From an uncultured delta proteobacterium (GTDB lineage Bacteria; Desulfobacterota; Syntrophobacteria; Syntrophobacterales; Syntrophobacteraceae), in the NCBI GenBank assembly GCA_963808625.1, contig CAWEHK010000001.1, positions 1 through 51,398 on the forward strand: a stretch of DNA of 51,398 nucleotides. The letters run 5' to 3'. Both the position numbers and the translations under genes were made by a program. Of this stretch, positions 34,560-45,082 are shown piece by piece. Under the pieces are notes generated by a model. It saw nothing but the letters and a program-made list of their open reading frames with translations. It had not been told where the DNA came from and made no database searches. How positions within the stretch are numbered: position 1 is the first letter of the stretch; the number at the start of each line of letters is the position of its first letter.

Positions 34560-34598
34560 TTCTGACTTCTGACTCCTGACTCCTGTCTTCTGACTCCC
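34560..34598. repeat. 7-bp tandem (T/C)CTGACT array next to the gcdH stop
   Basis: TTCTGAC TTCTGAC TCCTGAC TCCTGTC TTCTGAC TCC. Confidence 0.85.
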
Positions 34599-34605
34599 AG
34601 TCTCC

Positions 34606-35800
34606 TCACCATGTTCGACTCAGCTGCGCCTTGGCGGCAAACGCATCATGCCCCGTGATGTCGCGCCCGATGATGAGGGTGTGGATATCGTGGGTGCCTT
34701 CATAGGTATAGACGGATTCAAGGTTCAGCAGGTGGCGGATGGCGTGGTAGTCGAGGGTGATGCCGTTGGCGCCCAGGATGTCGCGGGCGGTGCGGGCGAT
34801 CTTCAAGGCTTCGGCGACGTTGTTCATCTTGGCCATCGAAACCTGGGTGTGCCGGGCGCGCCCCGCATCTTTCAGGCGCCCGAGCTGGATGCAGAGGAGC
34901 TGCGCCTTGGTGATTTCGGTCAGCATCTTCACCAGCTTGGCCTGCACCAGTTGAAAACTGGCGATGGGCGCCTCGAACTGGATGCGGCTCTTGGCGTATT
35001 GGAGCGCGGTTTCGTAGCAGGCCATGGCGGCGCCGACCGCTCCCCAGGCGATGCCGTAGCGCGCTTCGTTGAGGCACATGAGGCCGGATTTGATGCCGTC
35101 CGTGCCCGGCAGGAGGTTTTCGGCGGGGATGCGCACGTCATCGAGCGCCAGTCCCGAAGTGACCGATGCGCGCAGGGAATACTTCCAGGGAATGGGAAAA
35201 GCCTGAAAGCCGGGCATGCCCTTTTCCACCAGGAAGCCGCGAATGCCTTCCTCGGTCTGGGCCCAAATCACGGCCACGTCAGCCAATTCGCCGTTGGTGA
35301 TCCACATCTTGCTGCCGTTAAGGACGTAGTCGCCGCCCTTCCGGCGGCGCGGGTGCGCATGTGCTCGGGGTCGGAACCGGCGTCGGGTTCGGTCATGCCG
35401 AAGCATCCTACCTTCCCACCGCGCGCCAGGGCCGGCAGCCAGCGCTCCTTCTGGGCTTCGCTGCCAAAGGTGTAGATGGGGTACATGACGAGGGAATTCT
35501 GCACCGAAACAAAAGAGCGCAAAGCCGCTGTCCCCGCGCTCCAGTTCCTGGCACACCAGGCCGTAGACGACGTTGCTCATTGCCGGGCAGTCGTAGCCCT
35601 CGATTTTGATGCCCAAGAAGCCCGAGTTCAGCCAATTGCGGAATGAGCGCGACATCGAAGGTTGCTTCATCGAAATACGATCCGATTTTCGGCAGGTACT
35701 CGTTTTCCACCCACCGCCGGACGGTGTCCCGTACGTTCCGCTCTTCGACGCTCAAAAGATCCTCGGTATGATAATAATCAACTCCCTGGAATGGTTTCAT
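34606..35800 (-). CDS. gcdH: Glutaryl-CoA dehydrogenase-like acyl-CoA dehydrogenase, frameshifted
   Basis: [73 protein letters not shown]. Confidence 0.88.
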
Positions 35801-35846
35801 CGCATTTTCCTCGTGAATTATCCTCGTATCAACAGCAGAGATGTTC

Positions 35847-37004
35847 TTAGCGCACGTCCAGAATCGAGAGCCATTTCTGGCGCAAACGATCAAGATACTT
35901 CTCATCGTACAATGCAAAAATGGCGGCGTTTATCTTCCCCATGAGGTTCGGTTCGCGGGCGGCAAGCTGAAGGCTCATGGGGACAGCGTAAAACTCCTGA
36001 GAAAAAGGCGCCCCGAAAATCATCACCGGATGTCCCATGGCTCTCAATTTGCCCGTTTGATACGCAAGACTGGGATAATCGAAAACGAAAACATCCACCT
36101 CCTGATCAAGAATCTTGCGATACCCTTCCTCTATGGCCGAGACCTGGACCAGATCTATGACGCCAACATCGGAAACCGAAATCATGCCGGTCGATCCTTC
36201 CACCACCGCCACCCTCTTGTCCACGAGATCACGATAATCGGAAATCGCGGATCCGGTTAATTCTTTCGGCAACGATTGCGGAAATCAACTGGGCACTGAT
36301 CACGGAGGTGATTAGTATTCCGGAGAGCCAGATCGGGACCGCCAGCGCCCTGGCCGTCCATCGATGCGGCACTACATCACCGAAGCCGATGGTCGTCTTG
36401 ATAGCAAAAGCGACCAATGGCTTCGAAAACACCGGGAAAGTAGCGGCTGTTGATCAGCGTTTGTTGCTTGCGTCCGGCGACACAAAATATACCCATACAC
36501 CAATAAGGAGCAGCAGCGATACCAGAATTGCATGGATCACCACGTGAGAGCGCAGCAATTCGAACAGAGCCTTGGTGAGTAAGTCATATCCCTGGCATTG
36601 ACCATAATGGTCTGGCCGGAGAAAAAATAGGAAATGAAAACACATCAATGGACCTACAATGAGGATCGTCGTAATCATAATGAAATCCACTCATAATATC
36701 CAGTCTATTTTGAATGGGTCTCCTCAAGGCTGTGCACTCCTGTTATTGATATGAGAAGCCGGCCCTCCGCGCGATTTCCTGCCATAATTCGACCTCTGCG
36801 TCGATATAGCTTCCGTCCTCGGTTTTCGCGATAAATAGCAAACCCGTGCAAAAATCCCAAAGATAACTTAGTGCTAAATAGCTTCCGCCCGCATATATAT
36901 GGGTTGGCAGACAACTGCACCATGATGATTGTGTTCCAAGCAAGAAGGAAAAACGGTACAAACTTAATTACAGCGGAATAGTGCCCAAAGTGAAATCCTT
37001 TCAA
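35847..37004 (-). pseudogene. GluR0-like ligand-gated K+ channel (split SBP_bac_3 + Ion_trans_2), fragmented
   Basis: S1-like DGSYIDAEVELWQEIARRAG, a TM helix, pore TTIGFGDVVP...ARALAVPIW, then S2-like KRVAVVEGST...VDVFVFDYPSL...INAAI...KW. Confidence 0.75.
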
Positions 37005-37220
37005 TCTTTCAATACCCTGAAGCCGAAGACCAAGTTACTCCGTATATTTTGTAGACTCTAACGCTAACTCGTTCTCATCCAGAAAGTGTCACCTTGCTCG
37101 AGGGCAGGGACTTAGCCCCGGTCACGACTGGAAGCGCCTCCAACAAAATGGGGTTTCCGGATTGACACTAACTCGCAGCTTTCTAACATTTTCCTCAAGC
37201 CTTGTAGCATCTTCGAAACG

Positions 37221-37416
37221 TTAGAGGGTCTTAGAAAAGGCTGAAAAAGCGCCTTTCCACTGATTGCGGCGAAGTGCCACCGCCATGACGAAGGGAACAA
37301 CTCGAGATTGTCATTCCCGCAGGCTTTAGGCGGGCATCCAGGTGCCTTGATCCCATTAACCCCCGCCACAAGCATGCGGGGGTGACGAGCAGAGGACCTT
37401 CTTAGACACGCTCTTA
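37221..37416. mobile_element. MITE family M1, second copy
   Basis: Inverted homologue of 15381-15570; ends at the livF TAA. Confidence 0.8.
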
Positions 37417-38114
37417 CACGGAAAGGTACCGCGACTGCACCTCGGTGTTCGAGAGGAGGTCCTCCCTGGTGCCTTCATAACGGATCACGCCCTTGTCGAT
37501 CACGTAGCCCCGGTCGGCGATGGCCAGGGCGAACCGGGCATTCTGTTCGGCGAGAAGGACCGGCATGTCGGACTTGAGGTCGCGGATGATGCCGGCAAGC
37601 TCTTCCACGATCACCGGCGCCAGGCCTTCGCAGGGCTCATCGAGCAGGACCATCAGCGGATTGCCGGCAAGGGCCCGGGCGATGGCCAGCATCTGCTGTT
37701 CGCCACCGGAGAGGTTGCCGCCCTTGCGCGTCTTCAGCGCGGCAAGGAAGGGAAAGGTCCGGTAGATCCGGTCGATGGTCCACGGGGTTTGTCCCGGATG
37801 AGGCGGCAGGACGGCCACCTCGAGGTTCTCGTGCACCGTCAGCCCCGGGAAGATCCGCCGGTCTTCGGGCACGAAAGCCAGTCCCCGGCGGACATTATCG
37901 TAAGCCGGTTTGCCGGCAAGGTCATCTTCCCTGGAACCGCACCTGCCCTGCTCTGTGGCGGGTTCACGCCAATAATCCCCCGCATGGTGGTGGATTTGCC
38001 CGCCCCGTTGCGGCCGAGAAGGCAGACGATCTCCCCCGGCCGCACCTCGAGCGACACGCCCTGCAACACATGACTGTCGCCATAGTAAACGTGGATGTCA
38101 GAAACCTGCAGCAT
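37414..38114 (-). CDS. livF: Branched-chain amino acid ABC ATPase (frameshift)
   Basis: GRNGAGKST, PEDRRIF, LSGGEQQMLAIAR. Confidence 0.9.
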
Positions 38115-38872
38115 CGAGGCTTCCTCCCAGGTAGGCGCGTTTCACCTCGGGGTTGGCCCGGATTTCTTCCGGGGTCCCCGCGGCCAGCAAGCTCCCCTGA
38201 TTCAACACAAAAATCCTTTCCGCTACCGAAAAGACCACCTTCATGTCGTGTTCGGTAATGAAGAAGGTCGTGTCCGAATCCTCCGCCAGTTCCTTGATGA
38301 GGCCGATCATGCGGTCGGTTTCTTCCGGGTTCATCCCCGCCGTGGGTTCATCGAGGAGCACGAGCCGGGGCCGGCGGGCCAGCACGAGGGCAATCTCGAT
38401 CAGCCGTTTATCGCCGTAAGGGAGCGTGGAAACCGTTTTGTGCGAGCTCCCGGCGAGACCTACCCGCTCCAAAATATGCTCGGCCTCGTCAGCCAGGTCC
38501 CGGCGCTTCGCCATGGACTCGAGGCAGGAAAAACTCCGGCGGTGATGGACGACGAGCGGGACCAGCACGTTTTCCAACACCGTCAGCGCCGGGAAGATAT
38601 TGGTGATCTGAAACGACCGGAGCAGCCCCATGCCCACCAGCCGGTGGCTGGGCCACCCGCTGATGTCCCGGCCCTCGAACAGGACTTTGCCCGAAGTCGG
38701 ACGGTAGCGGCCGGAAACGACGTTGTAGAAGGTGGTCTTGCCGGCGCCGTTGGGTCCGATCAGGGCGCACAGCCGGCCGGTCTCGATGGTCGAGCGAGAC
38801 GCCGCTCAGCGCCTGGAATTTCCCGAAGCTGCGGGCGAGGTCTTTAACCTCGAGGATGGCCGGTCCGCTCAT
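38098..38872 (-). CDS. livG: Branched-chain amino acid ABC ATPase (frameshift)
   Basis: GPNGAGKTT, LPYGDKR, DEPTAGMN, EHDM, VKRAYLG. Confidence 0.9.
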
Positions 38873-39842
38873 CGTTCAGCCCTTTCCCGAGTCCGGATCC
38901 GGGTCCAAAATTCCAGCACGCTGCCCAGCACCCCCTTGGGGAAGAGCAGCACCAGGACCACCAGGATCGCCCCCAGAAAGATCATCCAGTTGGTGGTGTA
39001 GGCCGTGATGATATGTTCGAGCACAAAAAAGATGCCGGCGCCCACGGCCGGCCCGAGAAAGACGCCCGAGCCGCCGAGGACGGTCATCAGCACCGCTTTC
39101 CCGGAGAAGGCCCAGTGCAGCATCTCGGGCGATGCAATGCGGTTGAAAAAGGCAAAAAGCGCTCCCGCCAGCCCGGCCAGGGCGCCGGCGATAACAAAGG
39201 CGAACAGACGCACCGAACGGACGTTGGCGCCGACGAACGAGACCCGCATGCTGTTTTCCCGCATCCCCCGCAAGAGCAATCCGAATGGCGAACGCACCAC
39301 CCGAAACAGCACCAGCGCCCCGAGCGCCACGACGAAGAGGGCAAGAAAGTAGAAATGTTTCGGGTTGAACACGGAAATGCTCCACCCGAATAGTCCGAGC
39401 TCCGGGAGGGTGAAATTGCCGAGCCCGTCGCTGCCCCCGGTCACCGATCGCCAGTTGTGCGCTACGGTGAAAAGCATCATCCCGAACCCGAGGGTAAGGA
39501 TCGCAAAATAGATCTCATCGCGCCGCACGCACAACCAGCCGATAACCAGCGCCAGGACCGCTGCGCCCAGGAGCCCCGCCGCGAGGGCGGCCCACAGGGA
39601 TGCGGGGCCGTGGATGAGAGTGAGCACCGCGAAGTAGGCGCCGGCCCCGAAAAAACCAGCCTGGCCGAAAGAGAGCAGCCCCGTGTAGCCGAAGAGCAGG
39701 TTGAAGCTCATGGCAAAGAGGCTCATGGTGAGGACCTCGGTCAGGATGATGATCCCGTAGATCGACAGCAGAAAGGGTGCCGCCAGGAGCGCAACACCCA
39801 GCACCAGGGCCGTGATGACGGGGCCGCGCCCGAGGGTCGCAT
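38869..39842 (-). CDS. livM: Branched-chain amino acid ABC permease
   Basis: GYTGLLSFGQAGFFG, TGGSDGL, SPFGLLLRGMREN; start approximate. Confidence 0.9.
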
Positions 39843-39843
39843 C

Positions 39844-40734
39844 TCAGATGTCCTCTCCGAAAAGCCCTCGGGGCCGAGTCAGCAGGACGAATGCCAGGAG
39901 CATGTAAGGAAGGGCCATCTGCAGGTCAGGCAGCAGGGTTGTACCGAAAGCGTTCAGAAGGCCGAGGATGAGGGCTCCGACAAAGGCGCCGGGAAAGCTC
40001 CCCATGCCGCCGATGACGACGACGATGAAGCTTTCGATGATGATCCGCTCCCCCATCGCGGGCCCGACGCTTTGGTGCGGCGCCGCCAACGCCCCGCCGA
40101 GGGCGGCCAGCCAGGCGCCGAAGGCGAAGACCGCAGTGAACATCACCGGTACCCGCACGCCGACGATTTCGGCCATTTCGCGGTCCATGGCCGCCGCCCG
40201 CAGGACCTTGCCCCAGCGGGTGAACGCAAAAAAGGCCCAGAGCGCCGCCCCCACCAGCGGTCCGAGGACGACCAGGAAGATGCGGTAGACGGGGTAGGTC
40301 TGGGAGAAGAAGGGGACCACTCCCGCGAGGACCTCTGGCGGATTGACCACGTGATACGCCGCCCCCCAGACGAGCCGTACCCCGTCGTCCAGGAAGAGCA
40401 TGAGCCCAAAGGTAAGCAGGAGCTGAAAGCTCACATCCCGGCTATAAATGGGCCTTAACAGGAAGCGCTCGATGAGCGCCGCCAGCACCGCTACCAGCGG
40501 CGGGCCGAGGAGCAGCCCCAGCCAGAAGGAGCCAAGCCAGCGCACGAACTGCATGCACAGGTAAGCTCCCAGCATGAAGAGGGAGCCGTGCGCAAAGTTC
40601 AGCACGCCCATCACGCCAAACACCGTGGTGAGACCCACCGCAATCAGGAACAGCAGCATGCCCCAGGACAAACCGTTCAGGACGTTGGCCAGGATCCCTT
40701 CCAAGATAAAGCCTCGAAGGTTTAGGAGTTTCAT
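39844..40734 (-). CDS. livH: Branched-chain amino acid ABC permease
   Basis: GLTTVFGVMGVLNFAHGS, VVVIGGMGS, RPRGLFG; start uncertain because it overlaps a repeat. Confidence 0.9.
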   Translation of the reverse strand: MKLLNLRGFILEGILANVLNGLSWGMLLFLIAVGLTTVFGVMGVLNFAHGSLFMLGAYLCMQFVRWLGSFWLGLLLGPPLVAVLAALIERFLLRPIYSRDVSFQLLLTFGLMLFLDDGVRLVWGAAYHVVNPPEVLAGVVPFFSQTYPVYRIFLVVLGPLVGAALWAFFAFTRWGKVLRAAAMDREMAEIVGVRVPVMFTAVFAFGAWLAALGGALAAPHQSVGPAMGERIIIESFIVVVIGGMGSFPGAFVGALILGLLNAFGTTLLPDLQMALPYMLLAFVLLTRPRGLFGEDI

Positions 40735-40895
40735 TCTCACGCGGAGTCGCAGAGGACGCAGAGCCTAACCTAAGAGGTCTTTCTCCGCGATCTCCGCGTC
40801 TCCGCGTGAATCAAATTTCATCCACGAAGGCACACGAAGGGTTACGAAGACACACGAAGAAATCGCTTCTTCTCCCTCGTGCTCTGCATGGTGAA
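40715..40895. repeat. MITE family M4 (CGCGGAG/CGCAGAG arrays) plus a CACGAAG array
   Basis: 40715-40810 is homologous to 50296-50390; CACGAAG units at 40822-40860. Confidence 0.75.
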
Positions 40896-40929
40896 ATATG
40901 GGCCATTGTGTATTGAGTAGCGACTCAGC

Positions 40930-41135
40930 AACCGTTCAAGATCAAGTGTTACGGATTCAGATGGGGTTAGACCACACGCCGTAACCGTAGTCGAAATCGA
41001 ATATCGAACCGCAAAATGTCCAAGGAAAGCTGGATACTTCATCATTCGAAATTCCTTGTTCGATATTCAGTATTCGTTTTTCCGGTGCCCCCTTCCCACA
41101 ACTGTCTCCGACATCAATATTTGGACAATTCCTTA
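40930..41135. mobile_element. MITE family M2, second copy
   Basis: Co-linear homology with 21097-21311; ends at the SBP TAA. Confidence 0.8.
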
Positions 41136-42357
41136 CTTCATCTTGCAGCCGGTTTCCTCCACCGATGGGGTGATGTCCTTGCCGGCGAAATGCCTCATGG
41201 GCTTGAGAATGCGAATGGGCATTCGCGGGGTCGGCGGCGGTCTGACCCCACGTGCCGTCGCTGATGGCCTGGTGGTCTTCCGCCCGGATCACGGTTGGGC
41301 CGATGGGCAGATCGATGGCAAGCCCCTCGAGCGCGTCGATGATCTTTTCCTTATCGACGGAACCGGCCTTTTTGGCGGCAGCCGCATAAGCTTTCACTGC
41401 GGCGTAGGCGCCGTGAGCATTGTAGGACGGGAAGACGTCAAAGCGCTGCTTGTAGGCCTCGACGAAAGCCTTGTTGAGGGGGCTGTCGTTGGCCTGGAAC
41501 CAGTATCGGGTGCCCACCCAGATGCCTTCGGGCATTTTATCCTTGAGGGCGGTGAGGACTTCGGTGGCAGCCCCGAGGGTCATGAGCACGTCGCGCTTGC
41601 CGTCAAAGAATCCCACATCGGAAGCCTGGCGCACGAAGTCGATGAGATTGCCGCCCCAGAGCGAGATCACGACCCCATCGGCCTTCGAGTTCATCACCTT
41701 GGTAATGAAGGCCGAGAAGTCCGTGGTCGCAGGCGGTGGAAAGGCGGCCTCCGCATCCGGCAGGAAGGTCACCCCGGGTTTTTTCGCCGCGAGGTATTTC
41801 TGAAAATATTCCCAGGACTGGTGCCCGAAGGAGTAGTCAGGGCCGACCGTGCTCCAGGTCTTGGCTTTCAGATCGGCAGCGATGGCTGCGGCCATGCCGA
41901 CGTTCTGGTTGATGTTCAGGCCGATCCTGAAGACGTAGCGGTTGCAAAGGGTCCCGGTAACGTCGGGAACGGCGGCATGAGTGATGATCAGGGGCGTCTT
42001 CAGCTCTTTCATCACCGGTGCCACCGCCGAGGCGACCCCGCTCGAGTCGATGCCCATGACCACGTCCACCTCATTCTCATACACGAGTTTGCGGATGAGG
42101 CGAATCCCCACGTCCGCCTTCCCGGTGTCGTCCTCGAACACCGCTTCGACCTTCCGGCCATTGATGCCGCCCGCCTTATTGACCTCATCGATGGCCAGCT
42201 CCGCCCCCTGCTTGGCGAACTGCCCGTAAGTGGCGGCCGGGCCGGACATGATGTAGACGAACCCGATCTTGATCGGTTTCTCGGCCGCGTACCCGTGGCC
42301 CGCGATCAGCAGCACCAGAAGCGAAGCGAAAACAAGAGGCAACCACTTTCCCTTCAT
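41133..42357 (-). CDS. Liv-type ABC substrate-binding protein (3' frameshift)
   Basis: PIKIGFVYIMSGPAATYGQ...GGINGRKVE...PDYSFG; corrected end ...GCKMK*. Confidence 0.9.
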
Positions 42358-42629
42358 GACGAACTCCTTTCCTGTTACCCATTGAAGTTGATCATCCAGG
42401 CGCCGCCTGATTCCGCGACGAGGGGATATCATGGTCGGCGCCGATTTACGGGACTCGTGATCCGGTTGTTACCGATTGAGATAAGAAGGCAGCGATGATT
42501 CTAAGAGCTTGCTTTTCTTGGAGGTTTTTGACTACCACATCCACTGGAGGCCGTCAATGACATTTTGGCCTACCACCAGAACCATGGCGCGCATATGGTT
42601 TGAGGATTGGGAATTTCGTTCCTGAGCTC

Positions 42630-43030
42630 ATACTTCCTTCTATTTGGAAGAGCGTTTTCTCTTCTATCACGATGCGAAGAAGGATGGCGGGCAGCAGCAG
42701 GAAGAGAAAGATGCAAACCGCCACCCAGTTGAAGAAATCGAGACATATTCCGGCATTGGCGATGAGCATTCCGGCATAGGCAGGATGCCTGGTAAACCGG
42801 TATGGCCCGGAAGCGACAATGCGGTGTTGCGCCACCGTCCGAACGCGATGGGAATAGAATTGCCCCAGAGCGTGAACCGCCCATAGCCGATAACAGATGC
42901 CAAAACAGAATAAGGTTATCCCAAACAAATGAGCGAGGTTTGGCTCTCGCCAAACGGATGGGAACCAGACGGCCGATGGAAACGTAAGCGCCTGTCCAAG
43001 CCCATATCTCTGGCAGCGAGCAAAATTCGA
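42630..43030 (-). pseudogene. Isoprenylcysteine carboxyl methyltransferase-family fragment
   Basis: RLWAVHALGQFYSHRV...HRIVASGPYRFTRHPAY...RIVIEEK; no clear start. Confidence 0.75.
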
Positions 43031-43452
43031 TGAACCCTTGCCCTCACTGTGCACCCCTGTTCTTGGAACGGGATAAGAAAGAGGATATGTCACCGACCTG
43101 ATAGGGCACTTCAGGACCGACGCGAGCGGGGAAGAATCGGAATTTCAGTTTAGCGAAATAGTTCTTGACAGCCGCCGGAACACAGTATCTAAAGTCAGGT
43201 GAAAAGCGATTTCCTACCACCTTCTTATCACCTCGTCTGGCCGCGCAGGTCTAACCCTTTGCGAGGCGCCACCCAGCCGGCCATCAGCCAGGCCTGCGCC
43301 AGTGGGTGTGTTGGGGAGTTGGACCATCACATCCTATGCTCGAACGCCGACGGCGGCAGTCGCGCACCGATGATCCCCTCGAGGTCTGAGAAGGGGATTG
43401 CCATTCGCTGGGGCTGCTTTCGTTGCACGCACCATCCAAAAGGAGGCGTCCT

Positions 43453-44925
43453 GTGAAGCGAGCTCTTGTCCTCACCTGTCTGCTCACGGTTACCTTGGCG
43501 TTGTCGTTCGCTGTGGTGACGGCGGTCGCCGGCGCCTCTCGGGAGGATAGCTGTTACTTCGTTGTGGCGGGGCCTGAGGCGACCGTTGACGGTTCGCTCC
43601 TCATGGGCTACACGAACGACTGGGCGGCTAACAACTGGATGTCTTTGAAAACCGTCGCCGCCGGCCGCACCACACACCGTTTCCTCAAGTTCCGTGCCAA
43701 GGCGGCGAGTGCCGAGGGCGGGATTAACGACGCCCAGCTGGGGATCTGCTTCGGCACGGCCACTGACATCGACGGAACCGTGCTCGCTGCCGATCCGTAT
43801 GTAAAGGAAGGATTCGGGCCCGAGATGTGGGACCGTGTCCTTGCCCGGTGTGCTACCGCATCACAGGCCATCGACATGCTCGGTCTCGCCATGGCGGGCA
43901 AGGGCTGCTCCGAGGCGGGCGCCGGCGCTCTCGCCGTGGCGGACCCCCATGAGGCGTGGATCTTCGAGACGCTCGGCGGCCACCACTGGGCGGCGGCGCG
44001 TGTGCCCGACGACGAGATCTGGGCCCATGTCAACGGCGTCGGTATCCGCGAGATCGACCTCTCCGACCCTCGGCGGTTCCGCGGCTCCCCCGATCTCGAG
44101 GAGTTCGCTATCAGTCTCGGGCGTTACAACCCGGCCACAGAGTCTTTCGACGTCGCCTGGGCCTACAATGATCGCGCTGAGCTCGTTGCCTATTACAACG
44201 CCAACCGGCTCTGGGGTGCCCTTCATATGTTCGCTCCGTCGCTGCGCCTCGAGCCGACGACGCCGTGGGCGGACCTCCCCGGCCACTTCAAACCGGAGTG
44301 CAAGGTGACGCGCCAGAGGATCGAGGCGCTCCTGCGTTACCACTACGAGGGCACCACCCTCGACGAGAGCAACCACTACCGTGCCATGACGCCGCACGCA
44401 ATGAACACGCGCCCGCTCTGCGCGCGCTACAGCGATTACAGCGTGGTGACCCAGTTGCGTGCCTGGCTGCCTAACGACGTCGGGGGCGTCGCCTGGGTGT
44501 CATTGTCGCGACCGTGTGCCAGCACCTTCGTTCCGTTCTACGTCGCGGCCAAAGAGCTGCCGGCGGCCTGGAGCGACACGACGGCGTTCGACGCCTTCCG
44601 CGCTGTGGCCATGCGTCTTGACCGTCGCGACACCGAGGGCCGTACGCGCGACTACGCACGCTACATCCCGCTGGTGCGAGGGGCTTACGGCGTGCTCGAG
44701 CGCCGACCTCCGTACGGCCCAGAAGTATATCGAGGCCGCCGCCCTGCGTCTCCGGAGGGGCGCGCGGGGTGCTTTCCTCGCCCGGTACTCAAACGCTGCG
44801 GCCGGCAGAGCGCTCGGTCTGGCACACTGGCTTCCGCGGCAGATGGAGTGGGACGTCCAAGGAAGCCGGAGCGGAGCGCCCAGGTCTGGCGTCGCCGTCG
44901 CGACGTCCGGTCGCGACGGACTTAG
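43453..44925 (+). CDS. Secreted C69-family dipeptidase (Ntn hydrolase), 3' frameshift, high GC
   Basis: AGGAGG + GTG, signal peptide, SCYFVVAGPEATVDGS, GGIND, VADPHEAWIFE...HHWAAARVPDD. Confidence 0.85.
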   Translation: MKRALVLTCLLTVTLALSFAVVTAVAGASREDSCYFVVAGPEATVDGSLLMGYTNDWAANNWMSLKTVAAGRTTHRFLKFRAKAASAEGGINDAQLGICFGTATDIDGTVLAADPYVKEGFGPEMWDRVLARCATASQAIDMLGLAMAGKGCSEAGAGALAVADPHEAWIFETLGGHHWAAARVPDDEIWAHVNGVGIREIDLSDPRRFRGSPDLEEFAISLGRYNPATESFDVAWAYNDRAELVAYYNANRLWGALHMFAPSLRLEPTTPWADLPGHFKPECKVTRQRIEALLRYHYEGTTLDESNHYRAMTPHAMNTRPLCARYSDYSVVTQLRAWLPNDVGGVAWVSLSRPCASTFVPFYVAAKELPAAWSDTTAFDAFRAVAMRLDRRDTEGRTRDYARYIPLVRGAYGVLERRPPYGPEVYRGRRPASPEGRAGCFPRPVLKRCGRQSARSGTLASAADGVGRPRKPERSAQVWRRRRDVRSRRT

Positions 44926-45082
44926 TACGCCCCCACATAAATGGGTGTCCGAATGCCACTCGTCATTCCCGCAGTTGACCGGCGGGAATCCAGGCTGTGC
45001 AAATTCCATGGATTCCCGCTAAGAGCATGCGGGAATGACGGCCGGGTTGTAATGGACACTTTATTCTGCTGTGCTGTACTTA
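44923..45082. mobile_element. MITE family M5 with paired GTCATTCCCGC/GCGGGAATGAC hairpins
   Basis: TAGTACGC...GTGTCC / GGACAC...GCTGTACTTA shell; the same end occurs at 23571. Confidence 0.75.
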
